A stretch of 64,000 nt of DNA from Nitrosopumilus sp. (GCA_965238275.1 OZ250186.1:1760001-1824000), one strand, 5' to 3'; shown: positions 40,891-51,378, counted from the first letter of the stretch. Notes: generated from the sequence alone by a model not told the origin. Numbers and translations are program-made.

Positions 40891-41646
40891 ATGTCCATAT
40901 TGTCAATCTCAGGAATCAAGAAGAGTTTTGATGGCAACCAGGTACTTGATGGAGTCGACATGGAGCTTGATGCCGGAAAGGTATACCAGTTAATCGGGCC
41001 CAACGGATGCGGCAAGACTACGCTAATCAACATAATAACAGGGCTTCTCGAACCGGATGAAGGCAAGATTACCTTCGAGGGAAAGGATATCACACACAAG
41101 GGGCTATTTGACACATACAAGGCCGGTCTGATTCGGACATGGCAGACACCCCAGCCATTCAGGGATCTTACCGCCTTGGAGAACTTTATGGTGGCAGGTC
41201 CAGGCAATTCGGGGGAGTCGTTCGTATACGCGCCGGCAAGGCCAAAGTGGAGAAAGGATGAAGAGAGGCTATTAAAGATGACAGAAGAGGTAAGTTCCAA
41301 GATCAAGCTCTTTGACAAGAGCATGACACTGAGTGGCAATCTCAGCGGCGGACAGCAAAAGCTTTTGGAACTTGGAAAGACAATGATGTCAGGTGCCAAG
41401 TTGGTTATGCTTGACGAGCCCATTGCAGGCGTCAATCCCAAGCTGGCAGTAGACATATTTGAGAGGATCGCAGAAACATGCAGGAGCGAGGGAATCACGT
41501 TCCTATTTATAGAACACAGGCTAGACATTGCTCTTAGTTATACAGACAAGGTGTTTGCTTTGAATCAGGGCAAGGTCATCGCACAGGGCACATCAGAGGA
41601 GGTCATGAACCATCCGGAGGTCATTGAATCCTATCTGGGGGTATGA
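40891..41646 (+). CDS. livG: Branched-chain amino acid ABC ATPase LivG
   Basis: GPNGCGKTT, LSGGQQKLLE, LDEP, YLG end. Confidence 0.9.
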   Translation: MSILSISGIKKSFDGNQVLDGVDMELDAGKVYQLIGPNGCGKTTLINIITGLLEPDEGKITFEGKDITHKGLFDTYKAGLIRTWQTPQPFRDLTALENFMVAGPGNSGESFVYAPARPKWRKDEERLLKMTEEVSSKIKLFDKSMTLSGNLSGGQQKLLELGKTMMSGAKLVMLDEPIAGVNPKLAVDIFERIAETCRSEGITFLFIEHRLDIALSYTDKVFALNQGKVIAQGTSEEVMNHPEVIESYLGV

Positions 41647-42437
41647 GGCAGGACATGAGTGATGAGATGATGCGTTCGCCGACAAACCCGTTGTCAGGGA
41701 CAGGCAGTAAACAGAGTACAAACGAGATCATCGTGAACATAAAGGACCTGCACGCAGGATACGTCAACACCCACATCATATTCGGGGTGGATTTTGAGGC
41801 CGTTCACAACAAGATTACAGTGATAGTCGGACCCAACGGATGCGGCAAGAGTACCCTGCTAAAGAGCATATTTGGCATTACCGATGTTTATTCCGGAGAG
41901 ATCACATACAAGGGCAAACTCATTACAGGTCTTGCGCCGCATGTCATCGCAAGAAAAAGGGTGGCATACCTGCCACAATTGGATAACGTCTTTGCGAATC
42001 TATCCATCAAGGAGAATCTGGTAATGGCAAGCTATACGCTTGATTCCAAGACATTCCGGGAGAGGCTTCCGAAGATCTTTAAGATGTTTCCCGTGCTTGA
42101 ATCCCGCAACGACAAAGCAAAGAAGCTCAGCGGAGGACAGCGTCAGATGCTTGCAATGGCCATGGCCCTGATAAGGGAACCAGAAACCCTTCTCTTTGAC
42201 GAGCCCACAGCCAGCCTCTCACCAAAGCTTGCAGCAGAGGTGCTTGAAAAGATAGTCCAGATACGCGACGAGTTTGGCCTCACAGTCATTCTTGTAGAAC
42301 AAAACGTCAAGCAGGCACTAAAGATTGGCGACACGGTATACCTGATGGCAAACGGCAAGAACGTATACAACGGGAGCGCAGCCGAGCTGCTTGAAAACGA
42401 GGATCTTGGCAGCCTGTATCTGGGCGTCAAGAACTGA
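41643..42437 (+). CDS. livF: Branched-chain amino acid ABC ATPase LivF
   Basis: GPNGCGKST, LSGGQRQML, LVEQN. Confidence 0.9.
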   Translation: MRQDMSDEMMRSPTNPLSGTGSKQSTNEIIVNIKDLHAGYVNTHIIFGVDFEAVHNKITVIVGPNGCGKSTLLKSIFGITDVYSGEITYKGKLITGLAPHVIARKRVAYLPQLDNVFANLSIKENLVMASYTLDSKTFRERLPKIFKMFPVLESRNDKAKKLSGGQRQMLAMAMALIREPETLLFDEPTASLSPKLAAEVLEKIVQIRDEFGLTVILVEQNVKQALKIGDTVYLMANGKNVYNGSAAELLENEDLGSLYLGVKN

Positions 42438-42439
42438 CA

Positions 42440-42684
42440 GTGCCGGATTTCCACGGGTGCTATGGCCGCGACTATGCGTTACCATCACATACAGGGGCGG
42501 CATGTTCGTGTTTCCAGGAGACGGCAGAGACTGCCTCAGGGGAGACCCGGAGACGAGGCATGTCCTATACAAGAGCCTGAATCCCGAGGAAGGCGACGTA
42601 ATCATCATCTCGTCATCGGATGACGAGTTTACAGCAGAGATCTCTGCAAAGAACTCCGCCCTGCAGACATTAACTGCAGGCTAA
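42440..42684 (+). pseudogene. C-terminal fragment of a conserved archaeal putative regulator (DUF4443-like)
   Basis: FVFPGD...GDVIIISSSDD..AEISAKNSAL with no plausible start; family from memory. Confidence 0.55.
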
Positions 42685-42803
42685 GGGATGCGCCCAGAAA
42701 TGATGGCAACTGTTTGCACGGCCCATGTAATCACAAAAAATCCAACCACATCCCCGGTACATGAGCAGTTAATTAATATTCAAACAGTCAGAAAACCCCA
42801 CAA

Positions 42804-44084
42804 ATGACAAAGATCAGCATAGAAAAACAGGATTCAGTCAAAATCTACAAGATTAGAAAGATTCTTGACGAGTTGTCACAAAAATCAGGCAGGGGAACCG
42901 AACTCATCACAGTGTACATTCCCAAAAGCAAGCAGCTTCACGAGATCATAAACTCGCTGCAGCAGGAACAGGGTACGGCAGACAACATAAAGTCGGATCT
43001 GACAAGGACGCACGTGGTGGGATCCCTGGGAAAGGTAGTCCAGAAACTCAAGATGTATAAAAAGACCCCCGAGAAGGGGCTGGTGATATTCTGTGGCGCG
43101 CTGCCCCCGGAGGGAGGCTGCCCCCTTGGAGGCGAGGTCCTCCAGACATGGGTGATTGACCCACCCAAGGAACTAAACCAGTATCTGTACAGGTGTGACG
43201 ATCACTTTCATGTGGATATTCTAAAGGACATGCTAAAAGACGACAACCTTATCGGGTTTCTGGCAATTGATGCAAAGGATGCAGGATGGGGACTTCTTCA
43301 CGGCGACAGAATCGAGGTGCTTGCCCAGACAGGCTCGGGGGTTGCAGGAAAGCACAGGCAGGGCGGCCAGTCTGCAAAGAGGTTTCAAAAGCTCAGGGAG
43401 ATGGAGCTGACGTACTACTTTAACAGGGTGGCAGCAACCACAAAGGAGTACTTTATCGACATCTATCCGGTCAAGGGCCTGATTGTGTCAGGCCCCGGAC
43501 CCACCAAGGAGGATTTCATCAACGGCAGCTATCTGGAGTACAGGCTGCAGGACATGATACTGTCTACAATCGACTCGTCATACTCGGGATCAGAGGGCGT
43601 GAGGGAGGCGTTTGTAAAGTCTGCAGACATCCTGTCGGACTTTAGAATGGTCGAGGAGCGCAAGCTGGTAGAGGATCTCTTCAAGGAGATAAACTCGCAC
43701 TCGGGACTTGGCTCGTACGGGCTGGAGGAGGTAGTCAGATACCTGAAGAACAACGTAGTCAGCACGCTGATCATCACGAACAACACCGGCCTGCACAGGA
43801 TCGAGGGCAGGTGCAGAAGATGCCAGCACGTTCAGGAGGAGATCATCGAACGATCCCGGGTGATTCCAAAAAAGACAGAGTACACAGGCAGTCCATGTCC
43901 GGGCTGCGCTGCAATGGAGGTTGTGGCAACAGAGCAGGACATTGTGGACTATCTGGAGCTTCTGGCATCCCAGACCGGCTCCAGGCTGGAGATAATATCT
44001 GGGGCTGCCGAACACGGAAACATGCTTGCAAGCCTGGGAAAGATAGGCGCGATTCTAAGATACAACCCGGGCCACTCTAGATGA
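42804..44084 (+). CDS. prf1: Peptide chain release factor aRF1
   Basis: NIKS, YRCD, GGQS motifs. Confidence 0.97.
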   Translation: MTKISIEKQDSVKIYKIRKILDELSQKSGRGTELITVYIPKSKQLHEIINSLQQEQGTADNIKSDLTRTHVVGSLGKVVQKLKMYKKTPEKGLVIFCGALPPEGGCPLGGEVLQTWVIDPPKELNQYLYRCDDHFHVDILKDMLKDDNLIGFLAIDAKDAGWGLLHGDRIEVLAQTGSGVAGKHRQGGQSAKRFQKLREMELTYYFNRVAATTKEYFIDIYPVKGLIVSGPGPTKEDFINGSYLEYRLQDMILSTIDSSYSGSEGVREAFVKSADILSDFRMVEERKLVEDLFKEINSHSGLGSYGLEEVVRYLKNNVVSTLIITNNTGLHRIEGRCRRCQHVQEEIIERSRVIPKKTEYTGSPCPGCAAMEVVATEQDIVDYLELLASQTGSRLEIISGAAEHGNMLASLGKIGAILRYNPGHSR

Positions 44085-44496
44085 GAATGCTGCGGATCCT
44101 TTGCGCAAGGTCTGATAGCTCTGCATCGTCGGGGATGCTGCGTTTTGTCCAGACCGAGCCCCTGCTGTTGTATCTGGGAATTATATGTATGTGGACATGC
44201 GGGACTATCTGCTTTGCTGCACGGCCGTTGTTCTGGCCCACGCTAAAGGCGTCTGCGCCGGCAGCCTCCAGGACGGCGCCGGCAATCTTGGGAACCAGTG
44301 AAAATATCCTTCCCACGGCCTCAGGGGTCATGTCAGTGATCCTTTCATGGTGGCTGCGCGGTATTATCAGGCTGTGGCCCACATCAATCGGATACTTGTC
44401 CAGCAGTGCGACGTGGTCCTCATCAGAGTACAGCACGTGCCCGTCCATTCTTCCTGCAAGGATGTCACAGAATATGCAGTCCATTGTCCTGTTCAA
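44077..44496 (-). CDS. HIT family hydrolase
   Basis: CIFC, HVHIHIIPR. Confidence 0.93.
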   Translation of the reverse strand: MNRTMDCIFCDILAGRMDGHVLYSDEDHVALLDKYPIDVGHSLIIPRSHHERITDMTPEAVGRIFSLVPKIAGAVLEAAGADAFSVGQNNGRAAKQIVPHVHIHIIPRYNSRGSVWTKRSIPDDAELSDLAQRIRSILI

Positions 44497-44742
44497 AGGG
44501 TAATTTTATTTATTGTTTTAAGATGGATTTGGCGTGGCAGCATTACAGGGGTACACGTGAAAAATCCCGGAGACGCATCTGCCCGGCCGCTGCCATAGTA
44601 TGCACTAAGATCCCGTTTGAGACTAGGCATGGTTTTGCAGGACTGGATACAATTTTGTGCCTGGACAAGTCACCGACCTGAGTGGTATCAATTCAGGTCC
44701 AATATAACCACGTGAGTCAGATTTATCGATACAAGGCACTAC

Positions 44743-44850
44743 TTGACCATGTTCAGATTGCAGCGTGCCAGAAATCTAATCATGATCAGATCCATGGATC
44801 CAGATCCCGTTCAGATTGACCATGTTCAGATTGCAGCGTGCCAGAAATCT
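44743..44850. repeat. 35-bp direct repeat pair with 38-bp spacer inside IS66 element 3
   Basis: TTGACCATGTTCAGATTGCAGCGTGCCAGAAATCT at 44743 and 44816. Confidence 0.9.
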
Positions 44851-44962
44851 TCGCGCAGGCAAGAATCGGCGGCATGCGATTTGTACCGGAAATTGTTCTT
44901 GGCGACCAGACGTGCGGCAACGACCCGTCCGCCAGAATGTTTTGGGCAGCCGCGGCGGCGGA

Positions 44963-46699
44963 TCAGGCCGGGATCGCGGATTCCATCCGGCGTCCGGACA
45001 CGGCTGCTGCCCCCGTCATGATGGGCGGTGGGATGCCAGAGGAGAAGATGTCCCAGCATGGATCCCGGGCCATCGCCAGCACCGCCTCGCGCGGGGATAT
45101 CCCGTTCTTTCTGCACGTCGCTATGAACGTCTGGTGCGTCGAAAAGTTTCGCGCCGCCGCCTTGTTGGGGTGCGGTGCCCTGTGGCGGGAGGGTATGATG
45201 TACCTGCGTATCAGGAGCTCAGTCGAGTTGTTGTGAAGCGGCATTCCAGGGTAGCGCAGCCCGGTGAAGAGGTTGTCTAGTGCGTTTTCCAGCGTGGTGG
45301 TAAGGGAATCGTGCTGAAACGAGTCGATGATCATGCGCACGCGGTCTGTCAGGGACGCTGTGTACTGCTTGACTGTCTCTGCCAGGCCGGGCACCTTGGA
45401 TGCGGCTTCCAGGTTGCTGGCGCACCGGATCGGTCCCCCGGCTGCGACCGTGATCAGGATTGCGGCCTTTTTGGCGTCCTTGTACACGTCCAGCAGCATC
45501 CTGTGCCTTACGTGTTGGTACGAGTCGTGCCCGTGCTTGATGGCCAGGGATTCGGACTTGCGGGTCACGTGCACGAGGCACCTGCCAAGCGGCCCGTTAT
45601 GCCACCCGAATCCGCTGGTCCCGTCGCGCATGGCCGGGCGGTTGGCCATCCAATTGTGCTGCGCGCGGAGATCCGCGGCACCCTTGCTGTCGGCCACCTT
45701 GATGGTGGTGGTGTGGAGTGTGTTGGAGACTAGCACCTGCGCGGCATCCCCGGCCACCCTGCCGCCCGTCTCGTCGGTGGCCGCGTGCGGGTCCATCGAC
45801 GCCCTCTCCAGGATCGCCCCCATGATTGGCCTGGGAGCCGCCGGGTTCCTGCCGCAACCGCCGTCCACTGCCGGCTCGTCCACTGCACGTCCCTCCAGTT
45901 TCCTTGCCATGGCCGTGCGGCAGTGGGATATTGCCCCTGCCGAGAGCTTGACCCCGTGGAGTTCCTCCAGGAACATCCTTATGCTTCCCTGCCCGGCGTC
46001 GCCGTCAAAATACGTCTCGATGATAGCCCTCAGTCTGGGCCCGAACGAGGTACCCTCGATCGCGTCGGTGTGGGGGACGGCCGTGGCGCCGCAGGCTGCA
46101 CACTCGGCAAGCCAGATGTAATACATGAGGCACTCGATCCCCGCGCCGTCTTCGCGCAGGTCGTAGATCCTCTTGCGGATGATCCTTGTCACATGCAGGT
46201 CCGTCCCGCCGCAGTTCTGGCAGGTCTCCGGGATAAACGTGCACGTGCCTGTCGGCATGTCGCCTCGGGAGGATCCCTGCGTCCCGGGCTGCTTGCCAGG
46301 TTTTTTGGCAGGAGGGGGTTCCCGACCTTCGGCTTCTGCCTTGCGCGCCTCCCCTTCCCTGCGGAACTCCCTGCGCGTCTTGAGCGCCGGCCCGTTCTCA
46401 GAGGGCCTGCCGTTCCAGCCGTGGGCGACTTTCATGGCCCTGTTGAGGTACGCGATCTCGTCGTCTCGCACCTTGATCCTAGACTCCAGCCTTTCTGTCT
46501 TCTCCAGCGCCGCGGCAAGTTCGTTCTTGTCCTTCCGGCGCGCCGCGGCAAGCTCTTCTTCCAGCTCGTTTACGATCGCCCACACCCTGCACAATGCCCC
46601 GCGCAGCACCTTCTTCTCGTCATATGCAGGCGGCGCCGGCAGGGACACGATGCCGGATCCCGAACACGCCGGGCATTTTGCGTGACTGCAGGATAACAT
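44963..46699 (-). CDS. IS66 transposase (divergent)
   Basis: Coiled coil, KPGKQPG, CQNCG/CAACG, TDETG, CLVH, HNNSTE. Confidence 0.85.
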   Translation of the reverse strand: MLSCSHAKCPACSGSGIVSLPAPPAYDEKKVLRGALCRVWAIVNELEEELAAARRKDKNELAAALEKTERLESRIKVRDDEIAYLNRAMKVAHGWNGRPSENGPALKTRREFRREGEARKAEAEGREPPPAKKPGKQPGTQGSSRGDMPTGTCTFIPETCQNCGGTDLHVTRIIRKRIYDLREDGAGIECLMYYIWLAECAACGATAVPHTDAIEGTSFGPRLRAIIETYFDGDAGQGSIRMFLEELHGVKLSAGAISHCRTAMARKLEGRAVDEPAVDGGCGRNPAAPRPIMGAILERASMDPHAATDETGGRVAGDAAQVLVSNTLHTTTIKVADSKGAADLRAQHNWMANRPAMRDGTSGFGWHNGPLGRCLVHVTRKSESLAIKHGHDSYQHVRHRMLLDVYKDAKKAAILITVAAGGPIRCASNLEAASKVPGLAETVKQYTASLTDRVRMIIDSFQHDSLTTTLENALDNLFTGLRYPGMPLHNNSTELLIRRYIIPSRHRAPHPNKAAARNFSTHQTFIATCRKNGISPREAVLAMARDPCWDIFSSGIPPPIMTGAAAVSGRRMESAIPA

Positions 46700-47313
46700 G
46701 TCTAGCCGCAGGCCTCCCCGTAATGAAGACGCCAGTCAATCCCCTTAAATTCCCCCTTGTTCAAGCGTGTTTGGCGTGCTGGTTTCTTCATTTGTGATGA
46801 TCTGGAGGAACTGGCACCCGTTCATACTTGGATCTTGGTAGTTTAGATTTGTTGGTAAGATTGTGAAAATATTAAACACGTATCGAGGCGGTACGGCCGG
46901 AAACTTCGGAATGATGCTGTCATGACCATGATCAGAACTGCGTGGTTATATTGGACCTGAATTGATACCAGGTTCCACCGGACAGGTTCCACCGAACAGT
47001 CTGATGCCGGTTTCTGGGAAGGACGCCTTTCCCATTCTGCGGATGCTGCAGTGGACACACGCAGTTAGGACGTTCAGATTGCATACGATACCGTGCAAGA
47101 ACGCCAGCCGAACCATTCAATGCCATGATTACTGGCTGCTATGGATTCTGCAAGCCTTACTTCTGCGTTAACTGGAATAATTCCCTGCCGTGGCGGATTG
47201 CCGCGCAGCATGGTCATAATGGGTTCAATTCCACATTCAGGTATTGCGCCAGGGGATGAGAAAACCGGTGTGGTTTTTTGCCCTGTGTGCTGTTATCCAG
47301 AACAGGCGTACCG

Positions 47314-50300
47314 TCAGGAGTTCTCAAGCACGTACGAGATGGCAGTGACAAACTCGTCCAGGCTAATCTGGTCCTTGGAGAACAGGGTTCCCAGATGCGT
47401 CATCGTCCAGTCAGGAAGGTTTCCATCTGGTTCCAGGCCGAGCGCAGCAAGGAGTTCCCTGTCGGTTGCAGACTCTGGTGCAAACCCGGACCACATGCGG
47501 ATTATCGTTTCAGGCGTGTTTTTGTCTGCTGTGGTGCTGCCAAGCCCAATCACGGGATCCTCAACGGGTTCGGGATCCACGCCAGGCTCGGCTACGGGTT
47601 CAGGATCCACTGCGGACTCTGGTTCCGATACCGCCACCTCAGATACAGGCGTTACCACCTCGAATGCATTCAGGATTCGTACCATTGTAATGGACGCATC
47701 GGTGTTCCACGTCCTGACTACAAGATTGGTCTGTTCCATCTCGTCTTCAAACGTGATACTGAATACGACTATGTGTCTTACCGAATCTGCCTCGCTGGTC
47801 TTGATGGAGACTGTGGCATCTGCGATGAGATCGTGCGGGTCGACTATCCGGATGTTGCCCATGTCATACGTGACGTAGGTGTCGCTGTCCCGGTATTCGG
47901 TGTTCTGTCCGTGCAGGTTCATGTATAGGGTAAAGTGTGCTATTTCTGCGTGGTCATACACGGCAAAGCTGATGGTGTTGGGGACTCCGGTCAGGAGGGT
48001 CTGGGGCTCCAGCGTGTTCAGGCTGCCACCCAGCAGGTAGTGACTGTCGTTTATGGCGATTGCAAAGTTGGACGAGTCACCTGCATTCATGGGGGTTATG
48101 AGCGCATACGGATCATGCGGATTAGTAATGTTGGAGGAATCCACATAGCCCAATGACTGCAGGGAGGCAAGATCCACTGCCGGCGTGGATGTGGAGGAGG
48201 ATGAGCGCTTGCGCGACTGCTTGTTTATTTCCTTGTCAGTAAAGCCTTCCAGAGGATTGCCATCCCCGTCTGCAATATCTCCGGTACCTCTAACATAGCA
48301 GAGTTTCGGGGTGGGGTCATCTGGTATCGTCTCAAGGAATTCCAGCGTGATTGTGGATCCGGATACGTCAACTGTTGACGCTGTAATTAACGTGTCGCAG
48401 ATGGTAAAATCGCCTAGTCCGGTCATGTCTTTCCCGACGGACTCAGAAAGCCTGACGTAGACGGTGCCGGAGTTGTCTATCGTGACAGAGCGCACCGTCG
48501 GGGCCGTGGTGTCAAGGGTGTTTCTCACTGCCTCGTCAAAGCCTGCAAGGGGCTTGCCTTTGAGATCCGTTATGGAGCCGGTGGTGTCGTTGTAGGCTAG
48601 CCGGGGAGAGTCAGAATCAAGCATGCCACCAGACAAGCTCAACGTGATTATATTAGCAAGGGATGTAACGCCACGGATGAGGATGGAAGAGTCGGACACG
48701 ATACCAGATATGGTAAATCCGGTAGTAGTGGTCACGCTCCGCACATTCTCAGACATGTTCACGATTATGGTGTCAGGTTCTCCTGTCTCGATGGAATCTA
48801 CATACGGTGCGACGTATATCTTGACAATCACTTTCAAGATGGCAGTCGCGGTGTTGTCGGAACGGTCAGTACATGTGTAGGTTACAGTATACGTGCTTGG
48901 GGTGGTTGAATTTACCGTGCCAGAAGTGGTGACGGCCCGGACACCGTCAACGTCATCAGTACACGTGACCACAGGATCGGTGTACGCGTCACCCTCGGTT
49001 ATTGTCAGCGGGTTGTCTCCCGGGATGTCGATGACAGGCCGTGTGCTGTCGGGCGTGACAGTAACGCTCTGAGTTGCAGTCACGGTGTTTTTGGAACTGT
49101 CAGTACAGGTATAGGTTACAGTCTGTGGGCCTGGACTGCGTGTATCTACTGCAGAATGCGTGGCAGTCAGGATGCCGTCAACGTCATCAGTACACGTGAC
49201 CGACGAGACGAATGTCGCACCCTGACTTACTGTTACTGCACCAGTGTTGTGAATGACAGGATCGATGTGGTTAGGCGGTGTCAGGCCGATTCGGATATCC
49301 TTGTTGTAGCTAAGCGAACCGATACTTCCTGGTTGGGGTAGCGTTGTTGGGATGGATGTACCATTGCCATACGTCAATGTGTAAGAATTGACATGAAATG
49401 CGTCCGTTCCAGCATACGCAAGGCGAGGAGAATAGTCGTATTTCCCCACACCATACTCAAAGATCAGGGTATCGCTTGCCGATTCCTTGTATACTGCACG
49501 TGCAGGCGGAGTGGTGTCCAGTGCAATGAATGGCAAAAGCGGGTTTATTGGGTAGGCGGGATTTGTAATGTCGATTATCTGGACGCCGTTGTCAAGGTAA
49601 GATGCAACCAGGGCGTAATGTTTGCCTCCAATTTGGGTCGTCGTGACAGAATACGCCGCGTAAAGTTCGTCAAAGCCGCCTGAGCCGTCAGTTATGTTGG
49701 CAGTTGACACGGGGCTTGCAGGGTCGGTTATGTTAATTATCTGGACACCGTCATCGAAATCAGATGCAACTAGGGCGTAATGTTTGCCTCCAATTTGGGT
49801 CGTCGTGACAGAATGCGCCCCGTAAAGTTCGCCAAAGCCGCCTGAGCCGTCAGTTATGTTGGCAGTTGACACGGGGCGGGCAGGGTCGGTTATGTCGATT
49901 ATCTGGACGCCGTCGTCGTTGTAAGCTGCGACCAGGGCGTAATGTTTGCCTCCAATTTGGGTCGTCGTGACAGACCGTGCCCCTTCAAGTTCGCCAAAGC
50001 CGCCTGAGCCTTCAGTTATGTTGGCAGTTGACACGGGGCGGGCAGGGTCGGTTATGTCGATTATCTGGACGCCGCTGTCTCCGTTAGCTGCGACCAGGGC
50101 GTAATGTTTGTCTCCAATTTGGGTCGTCGTGACAGAATACGCCCCGTTAAGTACGCCAAAGCCGCCTGAACCGTCAGTTATGTTGGCAGTTGCCATGGGG
50201 CGGGCAGGGTCGGTTATGTCGATTATCTGGACGCCGCTGTCGGAATCAGATGCAACCAAGGCGTAATGTTTGTCTCCAATTTGGGTCGTCGTGACAGACC

Positions 50301-50844
50301 GTGCCCCTTCAAGTTCGCCAAAGCCGCCTGAACCGTCAGTTATGTTGGCAGTTGCCACGGGGCTGGTAGGGTCGGTTATGTCGATTATCTGGACGCCGCT
50401 GTCTCCGTATGCTGCGACCAGGGCGTAATGTTTGCCTCCAATTTGGGTCATCGTGACAGAATGCGCCCCTTCAAGTTCGCCAAAGCCGCCTGAACCGTCA
50501 GTTATGTTGGCAGTTGCCACGGGGCTGGCAGGGTCGGTTATGTCGATTATCTGGACGCCGTCGTCGCCGTAAGCTGCAACCAAGGCGTAATGTTTGTCTC
50601 CAATTTGGGTCGTCGTGATGGAATATGCCTGAGCAAGCTCGCCAAAACCGTGTCTGCCATCAACGATATTGAATTCTTCAAAGGTTGGGTTTCCTGAAAG
50701 TATCATCCGGACATCAATGGAACCCTCCGTATAGGTGCCATTGGCAGTGTCGGAGGTTACGTTTGCCGACACCTGCGCGTGGGCAGACCCAACCCCCACA
50801 AGGAGCATCCCAAGGCAGAGCATGGCAGGCAGAATGTGGTTCAT
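47314..50844 (-). CDS. Large surface protein: seven 54-aa propeller repeats plus Ig-like domains
   Basis: Signal peptide; 7x YALVA....GVQIIDITDP; CTDDVDG/VTYTCTD Ig-like units; Pro/Glu linker near C-terminus. Confidence 0.88.
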   Translation of the reverse strand: MNHILPAMLCLGMLLVGVGSAHAQVSANVTSDTANGTYTEGSIDVRMILSGNPTFEEFNIVDGRHGFGELAQAYSITTTQIGDKHYALVAAYGDDGVQIIDITDPASPVATANITDGSGGFGELEGAHSVTMTQIGGKHYALVAAYGDSGVQIIDITDPTSPVATANITDGSGGFGELEGARSVTTTQIGDKHYALVASDSDSGVQIIDITDPARPMATANITDGSGGFGVLNGAYSVTTTQIGDKHYALVAANGDSGVQIIDITDPARPVSTANITEGSGGFGELEGARSVTTTQIGGKHYALVAAYNDDGVQIIDITDPARPVSTANITDGSGGFGELYGAHSVTTTQIGGKHYALVASDFDDGVQIINITDPASPVSTANITDGSGGFDELYAAYSVTTTQIGGKHYALVASYLDNGVQIIDITNPAYPINPLLPFIALDTTPPARAVYKESASDTLIFEYGVGKYDYSPRLAYAGTDAFHVNSYTLTYGNGTSIPTTLPQPGSIGSLSYNKDIRIGLTPPNHIDPVIHNTGAVTVSQGATFVSSVTCTDDVDGILTATHSAVDTRSPGPQTVTYTCTDSSKNTVTATQSVTVTPDSTRPVIDIPGDNPLTITEGDAYTDPVVTCTDDVDGVRAVTTSGTVNSTTPSTYTVTYTCTDRSDNTATAILKVIVKIYVAPYVDSIETGEPDTIIVNMSENVRSVTTTTGFTISGIVSDSSILIRGVTSLANIITLSLSGGMLDSDSPRLAYNDTTGSITDLKGKPLAGFDEAVRNTLDTTAPTVRSVTIDNSGTVYVRLSESVGKDMTGLGDFTICDTLITASTVDVSGSTITLEFLETIPDDPTPKLCYVRGTGDIADGDGNPLEGFTDKEINKQSRKRSSSSTSTPAVDLASLQSLGYVDSSNITNPHDPYALITPMNAGDSSNFAIAINDSHYLLGGSLNTLEPQTLLTGVPNTISFAVYDHAEIAHFTLYMNLHGQNTEYRDSDTYVTYDMGNIRIVDPHDLIADATVSIKTSEADSVRHIVVFSITFEDEMEQTNLVVRTWNTDASITMVRILNAFEVVTPVSEVAVSEPESAVDPEPVAEPGVDPEPVEDPVIGLGSTTADKNTPETIIRMWSGFAPESATDRELLAALGLEPDGNLPDWTMTHLGTLFSKDQISLDEFVTAISYVLENS
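49560..50660 (-). repeat. Seven 162-bp coding tandem repeats
   Basis: GCGTAATGTTTG recurs at 162-bp period (e.g. 50099, 50261). Confidence 0.95.
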
Positions 50845-51049
50845 TTATAACATGACACCTCTACGTCACTTAGGTAACTAAACACAAATTTACTTAATAA
50901 ATTCATTTACAGAATCTTCAGGAATATGCTAATCTAATAAATGCATTGTTTAATATATACTTATATATCGTACAAAAATCATTCCGCCTGAAAATACTCA
51001 TGCACGCCATGCAATACTACTGCTTCAAGCTGCATGGAACAAAGGAGAC

Positions 51050-51245
51050 GGCGAGGCCAAAACGGACTGACGACAAGTCCATACGTTGCGTCATTGGGCA
51101 GCTAAAAAAGGACACGGATGCGGATACCGTGGCAATGGAGGTACGCGTGACGCGGCAGCGGCACATCCAGAGACGGGGCAGGGTATCTCAAGACTGGAAC
51201 CATACACCGGCAACGCCCCGCCGGCCAGCCAAGCAGGCGTCATGA
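51050..51245 (+). pseudogene. Possible HTH remnant of a transposase
   Basis: KSIRCVIGQLKKDTDADTVAMEVRVTRQRHIQR resembles transposase N-termini; weak. Confidence 0.3.
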
Positions 51246-51378
51246 CCGGTTTGCCAATATGACCAGTGATGGAAAAAGAACAACCGGCCAGAATGCCAGA
51301 TATCTTAATGATGCCCTGCCGGTTATAAAAAACCCGCACCCAACGACGCCGGCACCTGAGTGCGTACCTGCCATACTC

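Larger units (their letters stand above)
44685..46968 (-). mobile_element. IS66-family element 3
   Basis: Perfect 28-bp inverted ends GTATCAATTCAGGTCCAATATAACCACG; no TSD detected. Confidence 0.85.

Noticed and set aside
47314-50844. Diversity-generating retroelement target
   Set aside because: No reverse transcriptase or non-coding template repeat in the window; variation is not adenine-specific throughout.
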